Of a stretch of DNA of 64,000 bases, positions 45,656 to 54,157 are shown piece after piece. Position numbers and translations under genes: made by a program. The stretch lies in NCBI GenBank assembly GCA_038046005.1, contig JBBSXB010000001.1, positions 32,001-96,000 of the forward strand, written 5' to 3'. The notes under the pieces were generated by a model. It ran no database searches, had not been told where the DNA came from, and was given only the letters and a program-made list of their open reading frames with translations. This stretch comes from Nanobdellota archaeon (lineage in GTDB: Archaea; Nanobdellota; Nanobdellia; Pacearchaeales; GW2011-AR1). How positions within the stretch are numbered: the first letter of the stretch is position 1; the number at the start of each line of letters is the position of its first letter.

Positions 45656-46137
45656 GAATCCAGAAGAAAAGAAGAAAAGAATTCAAAACAAACTATTTGA
45701 AAAGACTAGAAATGCTCAAAAGCGGAATACCAAGAGTTGTCTTTAGAAAAACAAACAGATATTTGATTTCACAATATGTTGAAAGTAAAGAAGCACAAGA
45801 CAAAATAATATTTGGAATTGATTCAAGAAAAATTTTAAATTACGGCTGGCCAAAAAATCTAGAAGGAAGTTTAAAGGGCGTTACTGCTGCTTATTTTTTA
45901 GGATTATTGACTGGAAAAAAGATTATCAAAGACAAACTTAAAACACCAATAATTGATTTTGGGCTTTATAGAGTATTACCTAAGACCAAACTGCATTCTT
46001 TTGTTAAGGGAATGATTGATGCTGGAGTTAAGATTAAAGACAAAAAAGAAAATTTTCCGGAGGAAGATAGGGAAAAGGGGAAACATATAACAAGTCTTAA
46101 ATTTGAAGAGATTAAATCAAAAATAGAAAAATCGTAA
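45652..46137 (+). CDS. rpl18: 50S ribosomal protein L18
   Basis: RRKEFKTNYLKRL, RVVFRKTN, AAYFLG; ATG 45652. Confidence 0.95.
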   Translation: MRIQKKRRKEFKTNYLKRLEMLKSGIPRVVFRKTNRYLISQYVESKEAQDKIIFGIDSRKILNYGWPKNLEGSLKGVTAAYFLGLLTGKKIIKDKLKTPIIDFGLYRVLPKTKLHSFVKGMIDAGVKIKDKKENFPEEDREKGKHITSLKFEEIKSKIEKS

Positions 46138-46138
46138 G

Positions 46139-46987
46139 ATGAAAAAAACAGATAAAAAACAAGTATTTGAAGATGTAAAGAAAACTGTAGAGGCCTATGG
46201 GGCATTTTCAGAAGAAGAAGCAATCAAGAGTGCAAAAAATCCAGAGGAGATTACTGTAAAGTTGATTGATGAAGACATCAAGGATAAAAAAGTTGAAGAG
46301 ATAATTGAAGAGACAGAAAAAAAGGTTATTGGAGAAAAGATTAGAGAAGAAATTGCTGGATGGAGACCAAAGACAAAGCTTGGAAGAGAAACAAGAGAGG
46401 GAAAAATAAAAAATATAGACGAAATATTAGAAAATAATAGAAAAATATTGGAAGAAGAAATTGTTGATTATCTGCTTGGTTTAAAGTCCGACTTAATTTC
46501 TATTGGACAATCAAAGGGAAAGTTTGGTGGAGGAAAAAGAAGGGCTTGGAGACAAACACAAAGAAAGACCGAAGAAGGTAATGTGCCAACTTTTTCCACA
46601 ATGGCTGTTGTTGGAGACGAAAATGGGCATGTTGGAGTTGGAATGGGGGAAGCAAAAGAAACTCTTCCTGCAAGAGACAAAGCAATAAGAAAGGCTAAGC
46701 TTAACATCATGAAAGTCGGGAGAGGGTGCTCGGCATTTGACTGTAATTGCAACGAACTCCACACTATTCCATTTAAAGTTGAGGGAAAAACTGGAAGTGT
46801 GAGAATTATTTTAATTCCGGCTCCACAGGGCACTGGTTTAGTTGTGGGAAAAGAAATAAAGAAGGTTTTAAAATTAGCTGGAATTAAAGACGTTTATAGC
46901 AAAACTTTTGGACAAAAAAGAACCTCATTCAATCTTGTCAAAGCGTGTGTTAATGCTCTTGAAAAAACAATGGTGAAGAAAAAATGA
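46139..46987 (+). CDS. rps5: 30S ribosomal protein S5 with acidic N-terminal extension
   Basis: WRPKTKLG, VVGDENGHVG, PAPQGTGL. Confidence 0.97.
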   Translation: MKKTDKKQVFEDVKKTVEAYGAFSEEEAIKSAKNPEEITVKLIDEDIKDKKVEEIIEETEKKVIGEKIREEIAGWRPKTKLGRETREGKIKNIDEILENNRKILEEEIVDYLLGLKSDLISIGQSKGKFGGGKRRAWRQTQRKTEEGNVPTFSTMAVVGDENGHVGVGMGEAKETLPARDKAIRKAKLNIMKVGRGCSAFDCNCNELHTIPFKVEGKTGSVRIILIPAPQGTGLVVGKEIKKVLKLAGIKDVYSKTFGQKRTSFNLVKACVNALEKTMVKKK

Positions 46988-47040
46988 AAGCAAATCAAAG
47001 ATTTTCATTCATTCGAAATTATAGGAGATTATTCAAATGA
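46984..47040 (+). other. 18-codon bridging mini-ORF with internal hairpin
   Basis: MKANQRFSFIRNYRRLFK*; ATGA overlaps with both the S5 stop and the L30 start. Confidence 0.45.
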
Positions 47041-47459
47041 TTGTAGCAATAAGAATCAAAGGAGATGTAAACATAGACCCTAGAATAAAGGAAACACTTT
47101 ACAGAATCAGGCTTAGAAGAAAATATTCTTGTGTGGTCATTAAACCAGATCCCGTTAGCCTAGGGGTCATAAAAAAACTAACAAGTTTTATTGCATATGG
47201 AGAGATAAATGAAGAAACTTTGCACAATTTAATTGAAAAGCGAGGAAAACCGATTGACAAAAAAAAGAAAATAGATGTAAAAAAAGTTGTTGAAGAAATT
47301 AAAAAAGGGAAAAAATTTGAAGATTTAAACTTGAAACCATTTTTCAGGCTTCATCCTCCAAGAGGAGGAATAGACAGTGGAAAACACTTTGGAGTCAAAA
47401 AAGGAGTTTTGGGAAATAACAGAGAACATATTAATAAATTAATAGAGAGAATGTTGTAA
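47037..47459 (+). CDS. rpl30: 50S ribosomal protein L30
   Basis: IAYGEI, FRLHPPRGG. Confidence 0.97.
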   Translation: MIVAIRIKGDVNIDPRIKETLYRIRLRRKYSCVVIKPDPVSLGVIKKLTSFIAYGEINEETLHNLIEKRGKPIDKKKKIDVKKVVEEIKKGKKFEDLNLKPFFRLHPPRGGIDSGKHFGVKKGVLGNNREHINKLIERML

Positions 47460-47460
47460 T

Positions 47461-47925
47461 ATGAAAACAAAAAAACGTAAAAAGTCGTCAAGAATGCACG
47501 GCAGAGGAATGGGCAGCAATGGAAGAGGATTTAGAAAGAAAGGAAAGGGTAAGGGTCATCGAGGAGGAAAAGGGATGGCTGGAACAGGAAAAAGAGCTGA
47601 CCAAAAAAAAACTCTCGTACAAAAGCTTTATGGTCACGAATATTTCGGAAAACAAGGAATAACGAGCAGAGGAACAAGAAGAGATAAAAGAAAGAAAATA
47701 AATTTGAGGGACATATCAAATAACCTGAATAAATATGGGAAGAAAAGCGGAGATAAATGGGAGATAAATTTAAGCGAATACAAAATACTTGGTGAAGGGG
47801 AAGTCACTCACAAACTTGTAATCAAGGCAAAAGAAGCTTCACAATCTGCAATTGAAAAAGTTGAAAATGCTGGCGGTTCTATAATCCTTTCCGGAAAAAA
47901 AGAAAAGATTGAAAAAGAAGGGTGA
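47461..47925 (+). CDS. rpl15: 50S ribosomal protein L15
   Basis: GHRGGKGMAG, YFGKQG, KILGEG, AIEKVENAGG. Confidence 0.97.
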   Translation: MKTKKRKKSSRMHGRGMGSNGRGFRKKGKGKGHRGGKGMAGTGKRADQKKTLVQKLYGHEYFGKQGITSRGTRRDKRKKINLRDISNNLNKYGKKSGDKWEINLSEYKILGEGEVTHKLVIKAKEASQSAIEKVENAGGSIILSGKKEKIEKEG

Positions 47926-47943
47926 ATTTAAGAGTGGATTAAA

Positions 47944-49377
47944 ATGAACTTTAAGCAGATATTTAATTACATACCTGAGGTGAAAAAACCTGAGGAAAAA
48001 AAGCTCAGCTTTAATGTGAAGCTTAAGTGGACTCTTATTATTCTTGCAGCTTTTTTCGTTTTGGCAAATATTTCTCTTTTTGGATTAAGCCAAAATTCAC
48101 TTTCCAGGTTTGAATATCTTGCAATAATTCTTGGAACAGATTTTGGAAGCATAATATCGTTAGGAATAGGTCCGATAGTTATGGCTTCGATTATTTTGCA
48201 ATTATTAGCTGGGTCGGGAATTTTGAATATTGACCAGACTACAGAAGAAGGGAAAAAATTTTTCCAAGGAATACAAACACTTATGGTGTTTTTCTTCATA
48301 ATATTCGAGGCATTAATATACGTAATAATGCAAGGTCTTCAGGCGGCGCCAGGACTGACGGAAGTCGTTATATTTCAACTGATTCTTGGAGGATTAGCTA
48401 TATTCTATATGGATCAGGTGACCACAAAATGGGGATTTGGAAGCGGAGTTAGTTTGTTTATTGCTGCAGGAGTCTCATGGAGGCTTATGACTGGAGGATT
48501 TCAGTTCATAAATCAGCAAGGAAGAAATTGTCTTTTAGATTTCAACAACACTCCTTGTGCGGGAAAAGTTCTTGTTTTACTCCAATCAATTGTAAATAGA
48601 GCCCCTATTGAGTTGACATCTGCTTTATCTGCAATACTTGCTACTATAGCAATAACATTGCTTGTTGTCTGGGCTCAATCTCTTAAAGTTGAAATTCCAC
48701 TCTCGTTTGGCAGAATAAGAGGATATACTGTAAAATGGCCTCTTGCATTCTTTTACGCATCAAATATTCCAGTAATTCTTACAGCTGCCTTGGTTGCAAA
48801 TATGCAGCTCTTTGGGGGGTTAATTGAAAACGCTGCTACAAGCTGTGCTCAAGGAACTTGTTCTGCGTTAGCAGGTTTTGCGTCACATTTAACATTTTTA
48901 GGAACTTTCATTAATGGACAACCGGTGTCAGGATTAGCATTTTGGGTCGGCTCAAATAATATTTTAGACTTAATAATCAGAGGCGGACTTTTACCTAGAT
49001 ACTTGCTTCAAGGACTTACACATATAGTGTTTTTTATGGGTTTATCAATGATATTCTCTGTTTTTTGGGTTAAAACATCTGGGATGGACGCAAAGGCCCA
49101 AGCACATAAAATTTCTGCTTCAGGATTACAAGTTTCTGGTTTCAGACAGGATGAAAGAATTCTTGAATCTATATTGTCTAGGTATATAATGCCTTTAACT
49201 GTGATGGGGGGAGCTGCTGTCGGACTCTTAGCTGCAACAACAGATTTGCTTGGGGCTTTAGTTTCAGGAACAGCAATATTATTAGTCGTAATGATAATGT
49301 TCCAGTTCTATCAGAGCATTGCGCAGCAACATCAGACAGACATGAATCCTGCAATAAGAAAATTCATGGGTAGCTAA
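47944..49377 (+). CDS. secY: Protein translocase SecY
   Basis: LGIGPIVMASI, WGFGSGVSLFI, YASNIPVIL, GTAILL. Confidence 0.98.
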   Translation: MNFKQIFNYIPEVKKPEEKKLSFNVKLKWTLIILAAFFVLANISLFGLSQNSLSRFEYLAIILGTDFGSIISLGIGPIVMASIILQLLAGSGILNIDQTTEEGKKFFQGIQTLMVFFFIIFEALIYVIMQGLQAAPGLTEVVIFQLILGGLAIFYMDQVTTKWGFGSGVSLFIAAGVSWRLMTGGFQFINQQGRNCLLDFNNTPCAGKVLVLLQSIVNRAPIELTSALSAILATIAITLLVVWAQSLKVEIPLSFGRIRGYTVKWPLAFFYASNIPVILTAALVANMQLFGGLIENAATSCAQGTCSALAGFASHLTFLGTFINGQPVSGLAFWVGSNNILDLIIRGGLLPRYLLQGLTHIVFFMGLSMIFSVFWVKTSGMDAKAQAHKISASGLQVSGFRQDERILESILSRYIMPLTVMGGAAVGLLAATTDLLGALVSGTAILLVVMIMFQFYQSIAQQHQTDMNPAIRKFMGS

Positions 49378-49451
49378 GCTTTAAAAAAGAGATTCTCTTA
49401 ACACTAAAATGAACAAAATAAAAAAGGGAGTAAATTCCTTTTCTAAATAAA

Positions 49452-49988
49452 ATGAATAAAGAAGGAAGTTTCAAACCTGTAGTCATAGTATTGGTGATTT
49501 CTATGCTCATCGCTTTTTTTTGGAATAGTTTGACTTTTCTTAAAGATGGAGTGCATGCAGTCTTAAACCCCACTCTTGGTGCTTTGATAAATTGGAATGT
49601 TAACATTGGAATGTCAATTGTAGTTTTGTTGATAACTGTTGTCACAACTGTGGTTCAAAAGTATACAACAGATCAAGAAGCCTTAAAAGATTTGAAAAAG
49701 CAGCAAAAAGAAATGAATGAAAAGGCCAAACAGCACAGAAGCGACCCGCAAAAAATGCTCGAGATACAGAAAGAAATGGCTCCTTTAAGCATAAAGATGA
49801 TGAAGCTTAGCATGAGGGCATTTGTATTTACCGCAATTCCTTTGCTTTTGTTCATCAGATGGTTTGTGGACTTCTTCACAAGCATAGGAAATCCAAAGAT
49901 ATTCGGATTTTTCAGCTGGCTTTGGTTTTACATATTGTTCAGCCTTATTGTAAGTGCAATCCTTAGAAAGATTATGAAAATTGTCTAA
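49452..49988 (+). CDS. DUF106 / EMC3-TMCO1 (Oxa1 superfamily) membrane protein
   Basis: TM - coiled coil - TM topology, SWLWFYIL; typical position after secY. Confidence 0.85.
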   Translation: MNKEGSFKPVVIVLVISMLIAFFWNSLTFLKDGVHAVLNPTLGALINWNVNIGMSIVVLLITVVTTVVQKYTTDQEALKDLKKQQKEMNEKAKQHRSDPQKMLEIQKEMAPLSIKMMKLSMRAFVFTAIPLLLFIRWFVDFFTSIGNPKIFGFFSWLWFYILFSLIVSAILRKIMKIV

Positions 49989-50016
49989 GGGACTTTGTTT
50001 ACAAAGTGATTTCTGT

Positions 50017-50772
50017 TTAAAAAGTTGCTAGATAATTTTCATATTGGATTTTTATTAATTTGTAACCATACTTTTTAAAAAATTGAATTACTTCTTTATA
50101 ACAATTGTCATTTATCTCAATAATCACATTTTTTATTCTTTTTTTTGAGAAAAGATTTATTCCACCCTTTAAAATATTAAATTCTGAACCATCAACATCT
50201 ATTTTAATCAAATCAATTTCCTTATTCTTAAAAAGATTATCCAATGTGTCTGTTTTAACTATTTCGAATCCCTCACGTAGCCAATTATTAAACTTCTCTC
50301 TGCCTTTTCTGTTGCTTAATCCTACCCTAATTGGATAAACATTCTTGAGATTATTTAGGGATATGTTTTTATTCAATGTAATAAAATTCTTCTTATCAAC
50401 TTCTATCGGAAACACCTCTGCATTAGGATTAACTTTACTAGCAAGAATAGTATATTTTCCTATATGTGCCCCCACATCTACAATAACTTTACTTTTCTTT
50501 GCAATTTTTTCAAAAACTTTTCCAGTTTCAAACTCATAAGAACCTGAAACAATATGCAGGTCAAGGCATTTCTCCTTGCATAAAAATAAACCATAACCAT
50601 TGTCTATTATTGTGGGTTTCATTAAAGTGTCTCCCATTGAAAATCTATCTTTCTTAAGAATCAACTTTTCAATTAGCCTACAAAACAAATATTTTAACTT
50701 TTCTTTTTGAACCGAAACATTATCTAAGAAACTGTTGCCCTTTAATTTAATAAATGATTGTAATTTGTTCAT
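50017..50772 (-). CDS. FkbM family methyltransferase
   Basis: VDVGAHIG, TLDNL, IKIDVDGSE; start could be 50772 or 50787. Confidence 0.85.
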   Translation of the reverse strand: MNKLQSFIKLKGNSFLDNVSVQKEKLKYLFCRLIEKLILKKDRFSMGDTLMKPTIIDNGYGLFLCKEKCLDLHIVSGSYEFETGKVFEKIAKKSKVIVDVGAHIGKYTILASKVNPNAEVFPIEVDKKNFITLNKNISLNNLKNVYPIRVGLSNRKGREKFNNWLREGFEIVKTDTLDNLFKNKEIDLIKIDVDGSEFNILKGGINLFSKKRIKNVIIEINDNCYKEVIQFFKKYGYKLIKIQYENYLATF

Positions 50773-50832
50773 CTTTTCTATATGCATAATTGTGCAGAAG
50801 TGATATTTAAAATTATCGGTATAATTAAACCT

Positions 50833-51051
50833 ATGTCAAGAGATAGTATTTTGGACATTACGGAAAAAATATTAAAAAGGCTCTCTAACAAGAAAGAGCA
50901 TACAATAAACAATATTTCAAATGAATTAAAGATTCAATGGAGAACTTCTGTTAAAGTTTTGGAATTTCTTGAAAGGATAGGTTTAGCTAAAGAAAGAAGG
51001 GGTAAAATAACTTACAAACAAGAGAGGTTGTTTAGTATTAGGAAGAAATAG
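50833..51051 (+). CDS. Small winged-helix DNA-binding protein
   Basis: TINNISNELKIQWRTSVKVLEFLERIGL; ATG 50833. Confidence 0.6.
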   Translation: MSRDSILDITEKILKRLSNKKEHTINNISNELKIQWRTSVKVLEFLERIGLAKERRGKITYKQERLFSIRKK

Positions 51052-51152
51052 TTTTTATATAAATTCTTAGACATTTCTGTTTAATAAACCAAGCTTTTAA
51101 ATAAAATCTTGTCTAAGGAAAGTTTTATAATCTCTTATTTCTCTTTTCGATT

Positions 51153-51548
51153 ATGGAAAACCCCGAACAGGAATTAATGTTCAAATTAAGTTACTTTGAA
51201 CAGCAGATTAAGCTATTGCAGAATCAACTGGAGGCTGTTGAGCAAGCCTTGTTTGAGCTGTCCAATCTGAGCGACGGGCTGAATGAAATGAAAAATGGAA
51301 AGGACAGAGAAATTTTAGCGAGTGTTGGAAGAGGCATATTCGCAAAAGCAAAACTTTTATCTGACGAGCTTATTGTAGATGTTGGCGGAAAGAATTTTGT
51401 GAAGAAAAGCATTCCAGATACACAGAATATTATTGAAGCTCAATCTGAAAAATTAGAAATGATAAGGAAAGAGCTGGAAGATAATTTGGAAAAGGTTAAT
51501 GAAGAAGTCACCAAAACTTTTGAAGAGGCTCAGAATAAGAGTGGATAA
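51153..51548 (+). CDS. pfdA: Prefoldin alpha subunit
   Basis: EILASVGRGIF, IVDVGGKNFVKK. Confidence 0.92.
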   Translation: MENPEQELMFKLSYFEQQIKLLQNQLEAVEQALFELSNLSDGLNEMKNGKDREILASVGRGIFAKAKLLSDELIVDVGGKNFVKKSIPDTQNIIEAQSEKLEMIRKELEDNLEKVNEEVTKTFEEAQNKSG

Positions 51549-51555
51549 AAAAAGG

Positions 51556-52371
51556 CTACTTAGCTTTTCTCACAAACTCACTATAGCTTAATATTCCAAG
51601 CTCACTAATTATCTTTGTTATATATTTTTTAGGCACAAATTCAAATGCAGGATTTTTTATCTTTACATTTCTTGGCACTTTATCCCAAACTTCATTCAAA
51701 GATCTTTGTTCAATTGGAATCTTGTTTTTTGAGAACTTCCAAGAATCAGCGATGATATAAACAGGGACTTTATGGTCATATGCTATTTCTGCAAACATCC
51801 CACTTCCAATTTTGTTTATTATTCCATTTTTTAATAATGCGTCTGCCCCAAGAAATACTTTATCAACTTGAGTGTTTCCCTTTCCTCTGATGATAGCAAT
51901 TCTTGCCCCAGAGTCAGCATATTGTGTAACTTTTATCCCAGCTTTTGCAAGTTCTTTAGCGGTTTTTCTACCTTGATACAAAGGACGAGTTTCAGTATTA
52001 TAAACCTCAAAATTTTTTCCTTTCTTTTTTGTATAAATCAAAGAATTGACTACGTTAGTTGAATGGCAATGTGTAAAAATTTTGTCCTTGTTTTTTATAA
52101 TTTTCAGAACATTGTTATTAATTTCATTTTGTGCCTTATCAAAGTGGAGAACAATTTCATCGTAAGATGATTTTTTGGATAAATCAAGAACCTTAGACAG
52201 CATTGGTTCTGTTGGTCTTGCTAAAAGAAGTTTTTTCTTTGAATTTAAGTTTGGAAGTAAAGAATAAGCTTTCAAAGCAGCTTTTGCAATGTTTCGGGCT
52301 CCTTGAATTTTGACTGATTTTATATCATTTATGATTTTATTAAGAAATCTCTTTTTTGTTAGCAAATCCAT
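51556..52371 (-). CDS. Ribose-1,5-bisphosphate isomerase (eIF2B-like family)
   Basis: IQGA, RPTEP, THCHS (catalytic Cys), ETRP, GAD, NKIGS, NPAF. Confidence 0.85.
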   Translation of the reverse strand: MDLLTKKRFLNKIINDIKSVKIQGARNIAKAALKAYSLLPNLNSKKKLLLARPTEPMLSKVLDLSKKSSYDEIVLHFDKAQNEINNNVLKIIKNKDKIFTHCHSTNVVNSLIYTKKKGKNFEVYNTETRPLYQGRKTAKELAKAGIKVTQYADSGARIAIIRGKGNTQVDKVFLGADALLKNGIINKIGSGMFAEIAYDHKVPVYIIADSWKFSKNKIPIEQRSLNEVWDKVPRNVKIKNPAFEFVPKKYITKIISELGILSYSEFVRKAK

Positions 52372-52431
52372 TTTTTAATAATGCAAAAAGAATATAAAAA
52401 GGTTTTTAAAAGTAATCAATGTCAAGTTTAA

Positions 52432-53211
52432 ATGCACTATAAAGAGATAATGCTCCATAGACTTAGAGACTTAGACTCAATTTTAAGAGCTAAAAAGAAA
52501 ACTAAACTGTTTTTGTATGTATTTCTAAGACAAGTTTTTAAGTTAATTGGAATAAATGAAGAAAGAATAAAATCTTTGATTGAAAAAAACGAGTCTAAAG
52601 TTTTTGGAAATATTTTTTATGTTAGAGAAAAAACTTTAGACTTTCTGTTTGTATCAAAGTATTACGAACCAGAAACAACTAATTTTATAAGAAAAACAAA
52701 AGGCGATGTTTTTATTGATGTTGGAGCGCACATTGGAAGATATGCTGTTTTGAGTTCTGAAAGTTATAAAAAAGTTTATGCCATAGAACCTCATCCAGGG
52801 AATTTTAAATCTCTTAATAAAAATGTAAAACGCAATAATTTGAAAAACGTTTTTTGTTTAAATTTTGCTGCTTCTAATTTTGAAAAAACACTTTTTTTGG
52901 AAGATTTAAACATAAATACTGGAACAGTGAAAATTGATCCAGATGGTAAAATTAAGGTTAAGGCGAAAAAACTAGACAACTTGATTAAAAAAAATTCTAT
53001 AAACGTCAGAGATTTGGGTTTGGTGCTCATTGACGTAGAGGGTCATGAGATTGAGGTCTTAAATGGTGCAAAGAACATGTTAAAGATAGGCAAGGCAAAA
53101 CTTATAGTAGAAACTTTTGACTTAGAAAAATTGACCAGATTTCTTGAAAAGTATGGTTACAAAAAAAGAAGAATTTTCGATTACTACAATTATTTATTCG
53201 TAAAAGAATAA
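52432..53211 (+). CDS. FkbM family methyltransferase
   Basis: IDVGAHIG, AIEP, IDVEGHE. Confidence 0.88.
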   Translation: MHYKEIMLHRLRDLDSILRAKKKTKLFLYVFLRQVFKLIGINEERIKSLIEKNESKVFGNIFYVREKTLDFLFVSKYYEPETTNFIRKTKGDVFIDVGAHIGRYAVLSSESYKKVYAIEPHPGNFKSLNKNVKRNNLKNVFCLNFAASNFEKTLFLEDLNINTGTVKIDPDGKIKVKAKKLDNLIKKNSINVRDLGLVLIDVEGHEIEVLNGAKNMLKIGKAKLIVETFDLEKLTRFLEKYGYKKRRIFDYYNYLFVKE

Positions 53212-53249
53212 TTACGAAACTTTAAAAATTCTTCCTGCGTGCTAGAGAA

Positions 53250-54110
53250 ATGCTTGAGTCTATTATAAATCCAAAGAATGTTGAAAAGGGATCGTGGAAA
53301 ATGCTTTTTATAGGTTTAATATACGGTTCTCTTTCATTATTGTTGGTTAAATGGTTTTTTGGAGGAGATGTCGTCCTTTCAAAATTTTCAGGAATGATAA
53401 CTGTGACTTTTTGTGTCATGTTTTCTCTGCCATTTATGTATTACCTAATAAAACAAGAAGAGGAAGAAGATGAGGAGATTGAAGGATTTTTTAGTGTATG
53501 GAAAATGCACAAAAATGCAGTGTACTCATTCATGTGGCTTTTTTTGGGATTTATAATCTCTTTCGCATTGTGGTATATGATTTTGCATGACTCTAATTTG
53601 TTCAATGCTCAGGTAGAAACATATTGTTTGATAAATAGCCCGGGAAACATAGAAGGGTGTGTCGCGAGGTATAATATAGAGAATACTGTTTCGACGACAG
53701 GAGCCGCAACTAAAGAGCTAAGACTTCTTTCAATTATAGAGAATAATGTCTATGTTATGATATTCACCCTTATCTTCTCTCTTATTTTTGGTGCTGGAGC
53801 AATATTTGTTTTGGCTTGGAATGCAAGCGTCATATCTGCTGCAATTGGAATCTTTACAAATTATAAGATTAGTGAGATTCCATTTGGACTTCTGAGATAT
53901 ATGATTCATGGGTTCCCTGAAATAACTGCTTATTTTATAACTGCTTTGGCTGGGGGAATATTTGGTGTTGGGATAATAAGGAATGGGGTAAAAAGCCCCA
54001 AATTTTTAAGAATAGTTGAAAATGTAGTTGTTTTACTTTTTATAGCAATACTTATCTTAATTGTTGCAGGAATTATTGAAGTGTATTTCACCCCCATACT
54101 CTTTAATTGA
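53250..54110 (+). CDS. SpoIIM/DUF95 family membrane protein
   Basis: IIENN, WNASVI, IHGFPEI, AGIIEVY. Confidence 0.85.
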   Translation: MLESIINPKNVEKGSWKMLFIGLIYGSLSLLLVKWFFGGDVVLSKFSGMITVTFCVMFSLPFMYYLIKQEEEEDEEIEGFFSVWKMHKNAVYSFMWLFLGFIISFALWYMILHDSNLFNAQVETYCLINSPGNIEGCVARYNIENTVSTTGAATKELRLLSIIENNVYVMIFTLIFSLIFGAGAIFVLAWNASVISAAIGIFTNYKISEIPFGLLRYMIHGFPEITAYFITALAGGIFGVGIIRNGVKSPKFLRIVENVVVLLFIAILILIVAGIIEVYFTPILFN

Positions 54111-54157
54111 TAGGACAAATAAGTAATCTTTAAAAATAATCTTTTAATTTTATATTA

